Made by a program: the position numbers and the translations under genes
The notes under the pieces: model-generated
Told to the model about the DNA's origin: nothing
The model's database searches: none
The model's input: only the letters and a program-made list of their open reading frames with translations
Shown: positions 52,001 through 63,012 of the stretch, piece by piece
Layout: each line of letters starts with the position of its first letter
Numbering within the stretch: position 1 is the stretch's first letter
Assembly (NCBI GenBank): GCA_043228905.1
Contig: JBHGNT010000014.1
Location: 19,406,001-19,470,000, forward strand
DNA: 64,000 nucleotides
Origin: Azolla caroliniana
Lineage: Eukaryota; Plantae; Polypodiophyta
Reading direction: 5' to 3'

Positions 52001-55000
52001 GACAAATGTACATGATATTTGACTGAACAACATTGAGGTATAGTACGTACTATACAAATGATGAGGTACTATATGTCAGAACCAAGGATAAAAGATAGAG
52101 TGATGGAAGAAGGATATTAGAGAACACGAGAAGAAAGGAACGAAATACTAAGAGAAGAATGGATGTATAAGATAGAGAAAGAAAGAGAATGGATACAAGA
52201 TATGTAATGAAAGCTAAAGACTGGTGTTGATTCGAATTGATTTGAGAATACATGTATGCCCTTATTTATAGGTTCCTATAGAATAGCTTAGAGATTTCTA
52301 GAATGTTCTAGAATGTTCTAGACCTAGAATGCTCTAGGACATTCTAGAACATTCTCGAATAATCTAGAGGTTTTACAATAATCAATGTAATACAAGAAGT
52401 AGCTTTTATTGTTTCATATAACAATAAGCTATCTTAATGGTTGAGGTTTTCAAGTATGGATTACAAGGTTCGAGGTTCAAGTCCGGGTGACGCCATAATG
52501 GTCATCTGTTCATGACACTATCCCTCCTTCGAGAACGCCGAGTGGAAATCAGCGTTAACATTGTTGGGCCGGGCTTGTTTGGATAGTGACGATGGAAGTC
52601 GTTGACCAGAGCTTCAACATTACAAACGTTATCAATGGGTTCCCAAGTACGATCACTCGGAGGATAGCCAAGCCAATCAACTAGATAATAAAGCTTATTG
52701 CGCACAATCTTAGAATCGAGAATAACAGCTACCTCGTATTCGGGGCCGTCCACAAGTTGTACAGAAGGCGGTGGTGGCACGACACGATTAGGAATTAAAG
52801 AGGTGCGGCAAGGTTCCAAAAGAGAGCTATGAAAGACAGGGTAAAGCCTCATATGTGCAGGAAGGTTAAGACGAAATGTTGCATCATTAATCTGCGCCGT
52901 GATGACAAAAGGACCTAAGCGTTGATAGTCAAGCTTAGCACACGGTCGGGTAGTCTTGATGTGATGACGAAGCAACCATACACGGTCACCAACCTTAAAT
53001 GGAGACTTAAGACGATGTCGATCGACATTGGTCTTATGGTGTGCTTGCGCTTTCTGAAGATGTGACGATAACTTGAACTGGATTTGTTGTAGTCGGTGGA
53101 GGTGATGCGCCGCACTAGGGTTCGTGGCACCTCGGGAAGATCCAGTATACACCATCGAGGGTGGTTGCCAGTGTAGGCAAAGAAAGGTGTAACTTTGGTA
53201 GAAGAGTGGACCGTGTTGTTGTATGCAAACTTGGCAAGATGTAAAATATTACTCCAATCATCTTGTTGATAACTAATGAAACATCGAAGATATTGCTCGA
53301 GCGTTTGATTTGTGCGCTCTGTTTGTTCGTCAGTTTGGGGATGATAAGCCGAAGAGAGTTTGCAAGAGATTTTGAGGCCTGCCCATAGGTGCTTCCAAAA
53401 GTGTGAGATAAATTGAGGACCTCGATCGCTAATAATATCATTCGGGAGACCATGATGGCGAAACACTTCACGCATAATGAAATCTGCAGTTTCTTCACTA
53501 TTGATGGTCTTTACACATGGTACAAAATGTGCCATCTTGGTGAACTGATCCACTACTGTTAAAATAGTATCAAAGCCTTTGGAAGGTGGCAGATTCGTAA
53601 TGAAATCCATAGAAATAGACTGCCATGGCTTGTTGGGAGGGGGTAATGGTTGTAGTAAGCCATAAGGGTGATGCCAAGGTATTTTGGCGCGACAGCAAGT
53701 GTCACAAGTGCGAACATAATCTTCGCATTTTTTTTGCAAGTGAGGCCACCAAAACGAACGTTTCACCAGCTCAATGGTCTTGGAAATACCAAAATGTCCA
53801 GCCATGGGGGCATCATGACAATGTTCCAACACTTGAAGTCGGGGTGATCCGTCGGGGACGTAAAGGAGATTCTTGTGGAAGAGTAAGCCATCTTGCCACT
53901 TGAAGTCCTGATAATGTTGAGATGACCCTGGCAATGTGGAGCAAGGTGGACGACTTGAACCATAGTGGGCTAAGACATCCTTAGCGAAATCATCTGAATG
54001 AAGTTGTTGCCGAATAGTGTCAAGAAGGGTAGAATCAAGTGGCGTGGCATAAATTGTTGTTACCTGTAGCTTTGATGGTCCGAGGAGAATTTGCTTTTGA
54101 TTGTCAAAGGCCGGATCTCCAGGTCGAAGTGCTAGATACGAACGCCGAGACAAAGCATCTGCTTTCCCTTGTTGTTTTCCGGGGCGAAAAATGATCTTGA
54201 AATCAAAACGCGTTAGAAATTGGGCCCACCATGCTTGGCGTCTATTTAATACTCGAGTTGTTTGAAAATATGTGAGATTTTTGTGATCACTATAAATGAT
54301 AATCTGATGAGGTGATCCTTCTAGAAAATGACGCCATTGCTCGAATGAGTCGACCACAACTAGTAACTCCTTGTCATGCACCTCATAGTTTATCTCCAAA
54401 ACAGTAAATTTTCTCGAGTGAAACGCAACTGAATGTGTCTGTCCGTCCTCGCCTAGTTGCGATAGGATACTCACTAATGCAAAGTCCGATGCATCTGCCT
54501 CAATAGTAAATGGCTTTTCAAGATCAATATGTGCTAGGATGGGTGCTGATGTGAATGCCTCTTTCAGTTGCGTAAAAGCCTTGTCCGCTACGATACTCCA
54601 AAAAAATTCTTGATTTTTCTTGGTGAGTTGAGTAAGGGGCAACACAATGCTTGAATAATTATGTATGAATTTGCGATAGAAGTTCGCAAATCCGAGGAAA
54701 CACTGGACATCCCGAACTGAGCATGGGGGTTTCCATTCCAATATTGTTTGGACTTTTGATGGGTCCATGAAAACACCCTGGGATGAAATAGTGTATCCCA
54801 AAAATTCGACTTGTTTGCAATCAAAATTGCACTTCTCAAGTTTGGCATAAAGACCATACTTCCTTAGGCGTTGAAGTACTTGCCATACATGTATATCATG
54901 CTCCCCCTGTGTTTTAGAGTAAATCAATAGATCATCTAGGTAGATGATTAGAAAAATATCCAAGAAATCCCGGAAGATGTCATTTGCCATATGTTGGAAT

Positions 55001-55578
55001 ACTGCAGGTGCATTTGTGAGCCCGAAAGGCATGACTGTATACTCGAAATGACCATACCGAGTACAAAATGTTGTTTTCCACTCATCTCCCGGCCGAATTC
55101 GAACAAGATTATATGCACCCCTTAGATCAATTTTAGTAAAATGCTTTGCCCCACCAATGCATTCTAAGAGATTGGAGATTAAAGGTAAAGCATACCTATT
55201 CCTTATGGTGACTTTATTTAAGCCTCGATAGTCCATGACCAAACGAAGGGAGCTGTCCTTTTTCTTCACAAAAAAGATAGGAGCACCAGCTGGAGACTTT
55301 GAATGTCGAATAAACCCATGTGCAAGATTTTCCTCGATGTATTCTCGAAAAACCTCAAGCTCAGTGGGTGATCAATTGTAAATTGGACCCCACGGTGGCT
55401 CTTTTCCTGGTTGGAGATCAATAGGACAGTCGTACGGCCGATGCTTTGGAAGAACACTAGCTTTGACTTTGTCGAAAACATCAACATAGTTGATATTTTT
55501 TGGGAATTTGGATGTCTGAATTCGCTTGAGTGACACTAGAAGGTGTCACTGATACTGCAAATAAGAAAAGCTCCTCCT

Positions 55579-55848
55579 TGTTGCGAATCAACGCTCCGAT
55601 TCACCTTCACCACCCGGCCACAACCGACAAATCGCGAATCAATGCAGCAGAAAATAGGAAACACAGAGAAAGACACGATAACACAGGGATTAACGTGGAA
55701 AACCCTATACGGGAAAAACCACGGGAGTCCTCGAACTCCAACTATCACTATGAACAGAGATGTACAATGGTGAAGCTTCAAGGCAACAACCTTGAGCTCA
55801 CTGTCTTCGCCACAGGCGGCGGTAATACACAGAGGCAACGACCTCTTC

Positions 55849-55881
<33 letters not shown>

Positions 55882-58800
55882 CTGCTCTCTTCACTCTCTC
55901 TAAGTGGAAAAACAGAAAAATGAGTAGCAACGTAAAACTGTTTGCCCTAAGTCATATTTATACACATATGACTTTCAGGCTATTTACAAATATAGCCACA
56001 AGGGCCCTTGGCAAACATATTCACAAATATGTCCCCGCATCCGGATCTCTCTCCGGGTACATACCTCATCCGGTTCCGTAGCCGGGTCTTTGTCATCCGG
56101 TTCCGTAGCCGGGTCTTTGTCATCCGGCTCCGTAGCCGGGTCTTCATCATCCGGCTCCGTAGCCGGGTACTCTTCATCCGGCTTCATGCCGGGTACTCTT
56201 CATCCGGCTTCATGCCGGGTACTCTTCATCCTCCGGTTCCGTAACCGCAACCGGGCTTGCCGTCATTCATCTCCGGACATCCCATCCGGAGGGACCGTAA
56301 ATCCCAACAAACTCCCCCTTCACTTCGGCATGGGATGTCTCTCCAATCCGATCCTCTTCCGGCATGCTTCCAGCTTGTCGGGTGTAAGTACCTTAGTCAG
56401 CATATCCGACCCGTTCTCGTCCGTGTGGATCTTCGTCAGCACGAACTCCTTGTCTTCTATCCTTTCCCGGATCCAGTGATATCTTCGCTGGATGTGCTTC
56501 GTCCGGGAGTGATAGGCCGCGTTCTTCGCAAGGTGGATGGCACTCTGACTGTCGCAGTAGAGTCGGTACTCCTCCTGCCGGATACCGAGCTCTCTAATGA
56601 AGTCCTTCATCCATATTATTTCCTTGCCGGCTTCAACAGCCGCCATGTACTCCGCCTCCGTGGTTGACAGTGCAACCGTCTTCTGCAGCCTCGACTGCCA
56701 TGAAACAGCTCCCCCTGCATACGTCATCACATACCCTGATGTGGACCGGCTGGTATCTGCATCAGCCGACATATCCGAATCGGTAAATCCATCGAGTTCG
56801 GGCTTACCGGAGCCGAATCGGAGGCACATGTTTGCCGTGCCCTTCAGGTATCGGAGTATCCATTTGACCGCGTTCCAATGCTCTTTGCCGGGATTGCTCA
56901 TATACCGGCTCACCACTCCGACTGCATATCCTATGTCCGGTCGGGTACACACCATCGCGTACATCAAGCTCCCGACGGCAGAGGCATATGGTACTTTCAT
57001 CATGTCCTCCTTCTCAGCCTTTGTCTTGGGGCTTTGCTTGCTGGACAGCTTGCAGTTTGCCGGGAGTGTTGACCCCACCGGTCTTGCTTCCGACATGTTG
57101 AACCGGTGAAGCACCTTTGTCACGTACTTCTCCTGTGACAACCACAACTGCTTCTTCTTCCGGTCCCGGATGATGTGCATCCCTAGTATTTGCCTTGCCG
57201 GACCCAGGTCCTTCATTGAGAAGGTTCGGTGAAGTGCTTTCTTCAGCATCCGTATCTTGCCCTGGTCCCGTCCGACGATCAACATGTCGTCCACGTAGAG
57301 GAGGAGTATTAGAAAGTCTCCTCCTTCGAACTTCTTCACAAACACGCAGTGATTGGTCCGCGTTTTGTGGTACCCTTCGTCTGTCATGAAGGAGTCGAAC
57401 TTCCGGTACCATTGCCGGGGAGCCTGCTTCAGACCGTAGAGGCTCTTCTTCAACCGGCATACCAGGTGCTCCTTTCCTTTCTTCTCGAATCCTTCCGGTT
57501 GCTGCATGTAGATCTCTTCTTCGAGGTCACCGTGAAGGAATGCCGTCTTCACGTCCATCTGTTCTACCTCGAGGTCCATGCTTGCCGCTATGCTCAGCAC
57601 CGTCCGGATGGAGGTCATCTTCACTACCGGGGCAAATATCTCGTCGAAGTCGACGCCCTTCTTCTGCTGGAACCCCTTCACCACGATCCTGGCTTTGTAT
57701 CTCGGGGGGTTTCCGGCATCTCCCGGTTTCAGCTTGAACACCCACTTGTTTCGAAGTGCCCGCTTTCCTTTCGGCAACTCCACAAGTTCATATGTGTGGT
57801 TCTCATGCAGGGAATCCATCTCCTCCTGCATGGCACTTAACCACCTGCGGCTATGTGTGTCAAGCTCTGCTTCTTCAAAATTCTCCGGCTCCCCCTCATC
57901 GGTTAGCAGCACGTGCTCTGGTTCCGGAAATCTCCGGGGGGCCCTTCTCTCTCTTAGAGGATATCTTCGTTCCGGAGCTTCGGTAACCGGTTCTTCCGAT
58001 TCTTCTTCATCCGAATCCATTTCGGGATCGGGGCCGGTTCCGGTATCATTTTCATCTTCTTCGGCCGGTTCTGTTTCTTCACCGTCTTCGGCCGGATCCT
58101 CGAGTGCTAACCGGTCTCTTGCCGGTCGGGACTGCTCCTTGTAGAGTTGATCCTCACCGGTCGACTTGGAGCTCTTCATCTTCTTCTCCGACTCCCAGTC
58201 GGCGAGTGTCTTGTCCTCCATGAAGATGATATCTCGACTCCTGAATATCTTCTTGTCGACCGGGTCCCATACTCGGTAGCCGAACTCGTCGTTGCCGTAA
58301 CCGAGGAATATGCATGGCCGGGTCTTTGGATCTAGCTTTCCTCTCCGGTCCTTTGCCACATGCACATATGCGAGACACCCGAACACCTTCAGATGCCGGT
58401 AGGATACTTCCCTACTGGTCCACACTCTTTGCGGCGTGTCTCCATCCAAAGGTACTGAGGGTGATCTGTTTATCACGTATGTCGCCGTCGACATTGCCTC
58501 AGCCCAAAACCCCTTGGGTAATTTCGCATGCGCCAGCATACTCCGGACCCTCTCCATTATGGTCCGGTTCATCCTCTCGGCCAGCCCGTTCAGTTCCGGC
58601 GTCTTCGGCACAGTAAACTCGAGCCGGATTCCCTTCGAGCGACAGTACTCCTCGAACTGCCCCCGGTATTCCCCTCCGTTATCCGCTCGTATCGCTTTCA
58701 GCTCCTTGCCGGATTCCCTTTCCACTCTCGCGTGGAGTTCTTTGAAGGCAGACAATACTTGGTCCTTTGTCTTCAATGGTGCCGTCCACAGCTTCCGGCT

Positions 58801-60694
58801 GTGATCATCTATGAATGTTACGAAGTACTGGGCTCCGCCATGTGACTTCGTTTCTACCTGACACACATCAGTGTGCACCAACTCCAATGGTGCGCTACGT
58901 CTCGTCGGTGGCCTTGAGTGGAAGGAGGCTCGGTTCTGCTTACCGGCCAGGCAATCGGTGCACTTCTCCAGGTGCACATGCTTCACTGGAATAAGGTTGT
59001 CTTCTGCAAGCCTCTTCATCCCCTTCTCGCTCATGTGGCACAGTCTCTTGTGCCATAGCTCACCGGCAGTGTCAGCTGCCACGTTCAGCTCCTCCGGACA
59101 TAGCCGGGAATTCATCAGGTACAGTGTGTTGATCTTCCGGGCCCGAGCCACTATCAGGCTCCCTTTGCTGAACTTCATGACACCGTTCCGGATGCTACCC
59201 GTGTAGCCTTCATCGTCTAGCCTCCCGGCCGAAATCAGGTTCAATCGAACCTCCGGAACGTGTCGTACATCTTTCAACAGCATCTTGCATCCGGTCGAGG
59301 TTGTCAACCACACGTCTCCTATGCCGGCAATCCGGCACGTACCTTCGTTTCCCATCCGGACACAGCCGTGCTCACCGGCTATGTAGGATGAGAAGTATTT
59401 CTTCTCCGGGGTCAGGTGGAACGACGCTCCGGAATCGACCACCCAGGTCATCTCTTCACCGGCAAGGTTCAGCTCCCTCTCTTCGGTAATGAGCATTATT
59501 TCTTCTTCACTTGCCACGAGTGCCGTCGTTCCTTTCCGGTCCTGCCCTCGCCGATCCGGACCTCTCCGGCCCGTGGCTCCCCGATATGCACCGTTTCTCT
59601 CCGGTGACTTCTTCGAATCGGTGTCGTCGGCTCCGTTGTCCTTTCGGTAATGCCGACAATTCTTCCGGAAGTGCCCCGGCTTCCCACAGTGGAAGCATGT
59701 GGGTCTTCCTCTTGACTGCGACCGGGTCCCCGACTTCTCCCGTCTTTGCGGACTCCGGTTCCATTGTCTTCCCCGTTCCGATTCGGTAAGCAGCGCCTTC
59801 GAGTCGGAGGCCGGTTCTTTATCTCTCCGACGCGCTTCTTCGTTCAAAATACTTGTCTTTACCGTTTGTAGAGACAAGTTATCTTCGGTGCAGGAGGTGC
59901 TGAGAGTCACCACCAAGTTCTCCCAGCTTTCCGGCAATGTACACATCAGAATGATGGCTTGCATTGCATCCTCCAGCGGGAACTTGATCGCCGCAAGCTG
60001 GTTCACGAATCCCATGAACGTGCTTACGTGTTCCACCATACTCTCGCCGTCCCGGTACTTGAGATTCACTATCTTCCTCATCAGGGAGGTCCGGTTCAAC
60101 GCATTCTTCCTCTCGTAGAGGCCCGACAGCTTCCGCCACATCTCGTATGCGTTGGTGTCGTTCGCCACATGTTGTAGAACGCTCACGTCGACGTATTGCC
60201 GAATGGTTGCAACGGCTTTCCGGTTCAGAAGCCTCCATTCCGTCTCAAGTACCCCCTTCGGTATTTCCGACCTGTCAATCGGTTCGTACAGGTCCCGAAC
60301 AATCAGAAGATCCTCCATCTTGATCTTCCAGTCGGCGTAGTTCTGCGCATTCAGCACCATCATCCCCGGCTGCCCGCTGCTGCCGCCTTCCATTTTCAGC
60401 ACTGCCGTCGCTCTGATACCACTTTGTTGCGAATCAACGCTCCGATTCACCTTCACCACCCGGCCACAACCGACAAATCGTGAATCAATGCAGCAGAAAA
60501 TAGGAAACACAGAGAAAGACACGATAACACAGGGATTAACGTGGAAAACCCTATACGGGAAAAACCACGGGAGTCCTCGAACTCCAACTATCACTATGAA
60601 CAGAGATGTACAATGGTGAAGCTTCAAGGCAACAACCTTGAGCTCACTGTCTTCGCCACAGGCGGCGGTAATACACAGAGGCAACGACCTCTTC

Positions 60695-60725
<31 letters not shown>

Positions 60726-61180
60726 CTGCTCTCTTCACTCTCTCTAAGTGGAAAAACAGAAAAATGAGTAGCAACGTAAAACTGTTTGCCCTAAGTCATA
60801 TTTATACACATATGACTTTCAGGCTATTTACAAATATAGCCACAAGGGCCCTTGGCAAACATATTCACAAATATGTCCCCGCATCCGGATCTCTCTCCGG
60901 GTACATACCTCATCCGGTTCCGTAGCCGGGTCTTTGTCATCCGGTTCCGTAGCCGGGTCTTTGTCATCCGGTTCCGTAGCCGGGTCTTTGTCATCCGGCT
61001 CCGTAGCCGGGTCTTCATCATCCGGCTCCGTAGCCGGGTACTCTTCATCCGGCTTCATGCCGGGTACTCTTCATCCGGCTTCATGCCGGGTACTCTTCAT
61101 CCTCCGGTTCCGTAACCGCAACCGGGCTTGCCGTCATTCATCTCCGGACATCCCATCCGGAGGGACCGTAAATCCCAACA
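55579..61180 (-). mobile_element. Intact Ty1/Copia LTR retrotransposon (Tnt1/Tork-like)
   Basis: LTRs 60425-61180 and 55579-56309, TG..CA; TSD CTCCT at 55574-55578 and 61181-61185; PBS TGGTATCAGAGC (tRNA-iMet) at 60421-60410; PPT AAGGGGGAG just inside the 3' LTR. Confidence 0.97.
56320..60393 (-). CDS. Copia Gag-Pol polyprotein (~1357 aa), uninterrupted
   Basis: ATG 60393 (MEGGSSG) lies just after the PBS. Motifs CFHCGKPGHFRKNC, WVVDSGAS, LWHKRLCH, IRADNGGEY, LLLYVDDML and FTDSD are in Copia order. Confidence 0.96.
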   Translation of the reverse strand: MEGGSSGQPGMMVLNAQNYADWKIKMEDLLIVRDLYEPIDRSEIPKGVLETEWRLLNRKAVATIRQYVDVSVLQHVANDTNAYEMWRKLSGLYERKNALNRTSLMRKIVNLKYRDGESMVEHVSTFMGFVNQLAAIKFPLEDAMQAIILMCTLPESWENLVVTLSTSCTEDNLSLQTVKTSILNEEARRRDKEPASDSKALLTESERGRQWNRSPQRREKSGTRSQSRGRPTCFHCGKPGHFRKNCRHYRKDNGADDTDSKKSPERNGAYRGATGRRGPDRRGQDRKGTTALVASEEEIMLITEERELNLAGEEMTWVVDSGASFHLTPEKKYFSSYIAGEHGCVRMGNEGTCRIAGIGDVWLTTSTGCKMLLKDVRHVPEVRLNLISAGRLDDEGYTGSIRNGVMKFSKGSLIVARARKINTLYLMNSRLCPEELNVAADTAGELWHKRLCHMSEKGMKRLAEDNLIPVKHVHLEKCTDCLAGKQNRASFHSRPPTRRSAPLELVHTDVCQVETKSHGGAQYFVTFIDDHSRKLWTAPLKTKDQVLSAFKELHARVERESGKELKAIRADNGGEYRGQFEEYCRSKGIRLEFTVPKTPELNGLAERMNRTIMERVRSMLAHAKLPKGFWAEAMSTATYVINRSPSVPLDGDTPQRVWTSREVSYRHLKVFGCLAYVHVAKDRRGKLDPKTRPCIFLGYGNDEFGYRVWDPVDKKIFRSRDIIFMEDKTLADWESEKKMKSSKSTGEDQLYKEQSRPARDRLALEDPAEDGEETEPAEEDENDTGTGPDPEMDSDEEESEEPVTEAPERRYPLRERRAPRRFPEPEHVLLTDEGEPENFEEAELDTHSRRWLSAMQEEMDSLHENHTYELVELPKGKRALRNKWVFKLKPGDAGNPPRYKARIVVKGFQQKKGVDFDEIFAPVVKMTSIRTVLSIAASMDLEVEQMDVKTAFLHGDLEEEIYMQQPEGFEKKGKEHLVCRLKKSLYGLKQAPRQWYRKFDSFMTDEGYHKTRTNHCVFVKKFEGGDFLILLLYVDDMLIVGRDQGKIRMLKKALHRTFSMKDLGPARQILGMHIIRDRKKKQLWLSQEKYVTKVLHRFNMSEARPVGSTLPANCKLSSKQSPKTKAEKEDMMKVPYASAVGSLMYAMVCTRPDIGYAVGVVSRYMSNPGKEHWNAVKWILRYLKGTANMCLRFGSGKPELDGFTDSDMSADADTSRSTSGYVMTYAGGAVSWQSRLQKTVALSTTEAEYMAAVEAGKEIIWMKDFIRELGIRQEEYRLYCDSQSAIHLAKNAAYHSRTKHIQRRYHWIRERIEDKEFVLTKIHTDENGSDMLTKVLTPDKLEACRKRIGLERHPMPK

Positions 61181-61761
61181 CTCCTTGCCTCCCACTTGGC
61201 ACAATTGTTGCAATGTGATGGCTGAAATTTGATGAGAAGGATATGGTGCATCAGTAGAACTATATACTTTAGGAGGATAATCTCGAGTTCGATCCTTGAC
61301 AATGATATTTTCCACTAAAGGGCACCTAATTTCTCGCTTCCTCCGATCGATTCTAGGGTTATGTAGCTCGAACCATGGCAAACCGAGGACAATTGGATGC
61401 TCAGGACTACGGATTATGTTAAAGGAAACTACACATCCTAAATCACCCAAGAGTATGTGTATTGGCTCAGACTCTTCAAATATCTTCCCGGAAGCTATGG
61501 GGCGTCCATCAATCACTACTACGGAAACTGGACAAGGAAGTGTATGCAAAGATATTTGGTGTTTTTGGGCAAAATCTCTATCCATGAAACAAGAATTGGC
61601 TCCAATATCTAAGAGGGTTTGGACTTGAAGTTGACAACTGGGTGTCCTAACTTGTACTAGGGCTGAGAAGACTCTATTGACATGCTTGGAAGAAATGGAA
61701 CCCACACTAGGTTGTACATATCTAGGGTTGTCCAACCAAATGACTCCTATTTTGGCCGGAC

Positions 61762-62925
61762 TTATTCGTTTGACTCCTCTTCTAATTGGCTTAGGACTTC
61801 AAATTTATTGGACAAGGGTGGATTATTCATAATATTAGATTCACTAACTACTTCTAAAATGTTGGACTCATTTTTATTGTCATAGTGAATTTGATTTACC
61901 TGAGGTCTCGGCTTACGGGAGCAATGAATGGCTATATGTCCTGGACCTCCGCAATATAAGCATAGATGGTTTGCTCGACGACGTTGCTTCTCTTCGTCTG
62001 ACAACGGTCCTCGTCGTTGAGTCATATCGATCTCCATGGGTGCAGGACTATCCATTGGGACTGGACTACGTGTTTGCCTTGGAGATGGAGCAGGGCTATA
62101 CATTTGCCTTGGGGATGATTGTGCCGTTACTGATGCATAAGTTGGTGTGAATCTTGAACTTGTTATTTGTTGTTGTCGCTCACATCGACGCTCAAAAAGG
62201 CGATTATCACACCGTATTGCTCGACTAATAGCTTTTGTAAGTGACCTTGGATCCTTGGGGAAGGTAAGAAGTAAGTCTTTGACATCACTATGAAGGCCTG
62301 AACGGAATTGCTCCATTAGGGCTTGTTCATCCCAAGGAATATCGCTTGCGATGAGACGGAAATTGGCAGCATATGTCGAAGTTGGTTGATCACCTTGATG
62401 AAGTGTACGAATCTTGTTGATAGCTGTTCTCGCCCCATCAATATCTCCGAAACAAGCCTTAAATTCCTTGATAAATTCCTCGAAATTATTCAATAGAGGA
62501 GAATTGGTCTCTAGCAATGGAGCAAACCACGACAACGTTATGTCAGTCAATAAGGTGCCCACTAGCCCGACTCGTGATGCATCTATTGGATAACGCACGG
62601 GATGCATTTGAATCACCAACCGTACTTGATTCAAGAAACCTCGGAAATGCACCCTCGACCCATCAAATTTAGCTGGGAGGTTAATTTTGGGCTCCTTGAT
62701 AAGTCCCTGACCTTCAACCCTTTGTTGTTGTAACACTACGATTGTCGACTCTAACTGTTGCACTCGTCGTGTGAACTCCTCTTGTTGTTGTTGCTTCTCT
62801 ATAGTAACCTTTTGTAGATCCCCAAGTAGACGTTGATTCTCTACTTCAAGAGATGCGAACTTGGATTTAAGTTTCTCCATTTCTGCAACAAGGGTGAGAT
62901 ATTCTTCTGAGTTAATGGCAGCCAT
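61762..62925 (-). CDS. gag: Gypsy Gag (PEG10/sushi-like capsid, CCHC knuckle)
   Basis: EPKINLPAKFDG..FRGFLNQ, PMEID, CLYCGGPGHIAIHC. Confidence 0.92.
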   Translation of the reverse strand: MAAINSEEYLTLVAEMEKLKSKFASLEVENQRLLGDLQKVTIEKQQQQEEFTRRVQQLESTIVVLQQQRVEGQGLIKEPKINLPAKFDGSRVHFRGFLNQVRLVIQMHPVRYPIDASRVGLVGTLLTDITLSWFAPLLETNSPLLNNFEEFIKEFKACFGDIDGARTAINKIRTLHQGDQPTSTYAANFRLIASDIPWDEQALMEQFRSGLHSDVKDLLLTFPKDPRSLTKAISRAIRCDNRLFERRCERQQQITSSRFTPTYASVTAQSSPRQMYSPAPSPRQTRSPVPMDSPAPMEIDMTQRRGPLSDEEKQRRRANHLCLYCGGPGHIAIHCSRKPRPQVNQIHYDNKNESNILEVVSESNIMNNPPLSNKFEVLSQLEEESNE

Positions 62926-62950
62926 GGTTTCAGGATGGTTACAAAGGAGG

Positions 62951-62953
<3 letters not shown>

Positions 62954-63008
<55 letters not shown>
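62954..63008. repeat. (GA)n microsatellite in the Gypsy 5' leader
   Basis: About 27 GA units between the priming site and the gag ATG. Confidence 0.95.

Positions 63009-63012
<4 letters not shown>

Larger units (their letters stand above)
52502..61798 (-). pseudogene. pol: Gypsy Pol (PR-RT-RNaseH-IN-chromodomain), split by the Copia insertion and decayed
   Basis: Protease LLDIGANSCF; RT YLDDLL; RNase H EADASDFA; integrase HH-CC and ISDRG; chromodomain EYEVAVILDS...YLVDWLGYPPSDRTWEP. Frameshift near 55490, in-frame TGA near 55372, frameshift near 53100. Confidence 0.92.

Noticed and set aside
56257-60483. Many overlapping short ORFs on both strands of the Copia
   Set aside because: Expected from high GC content and codon bias; no recognisable domains.
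60394-60774. 127-aa N-terminal extension of the 1484-aa Copia ORF
   Set aside because: It runs through the LTR and PBS from a non-ATG start; Gag homology begins at ATG 60393.
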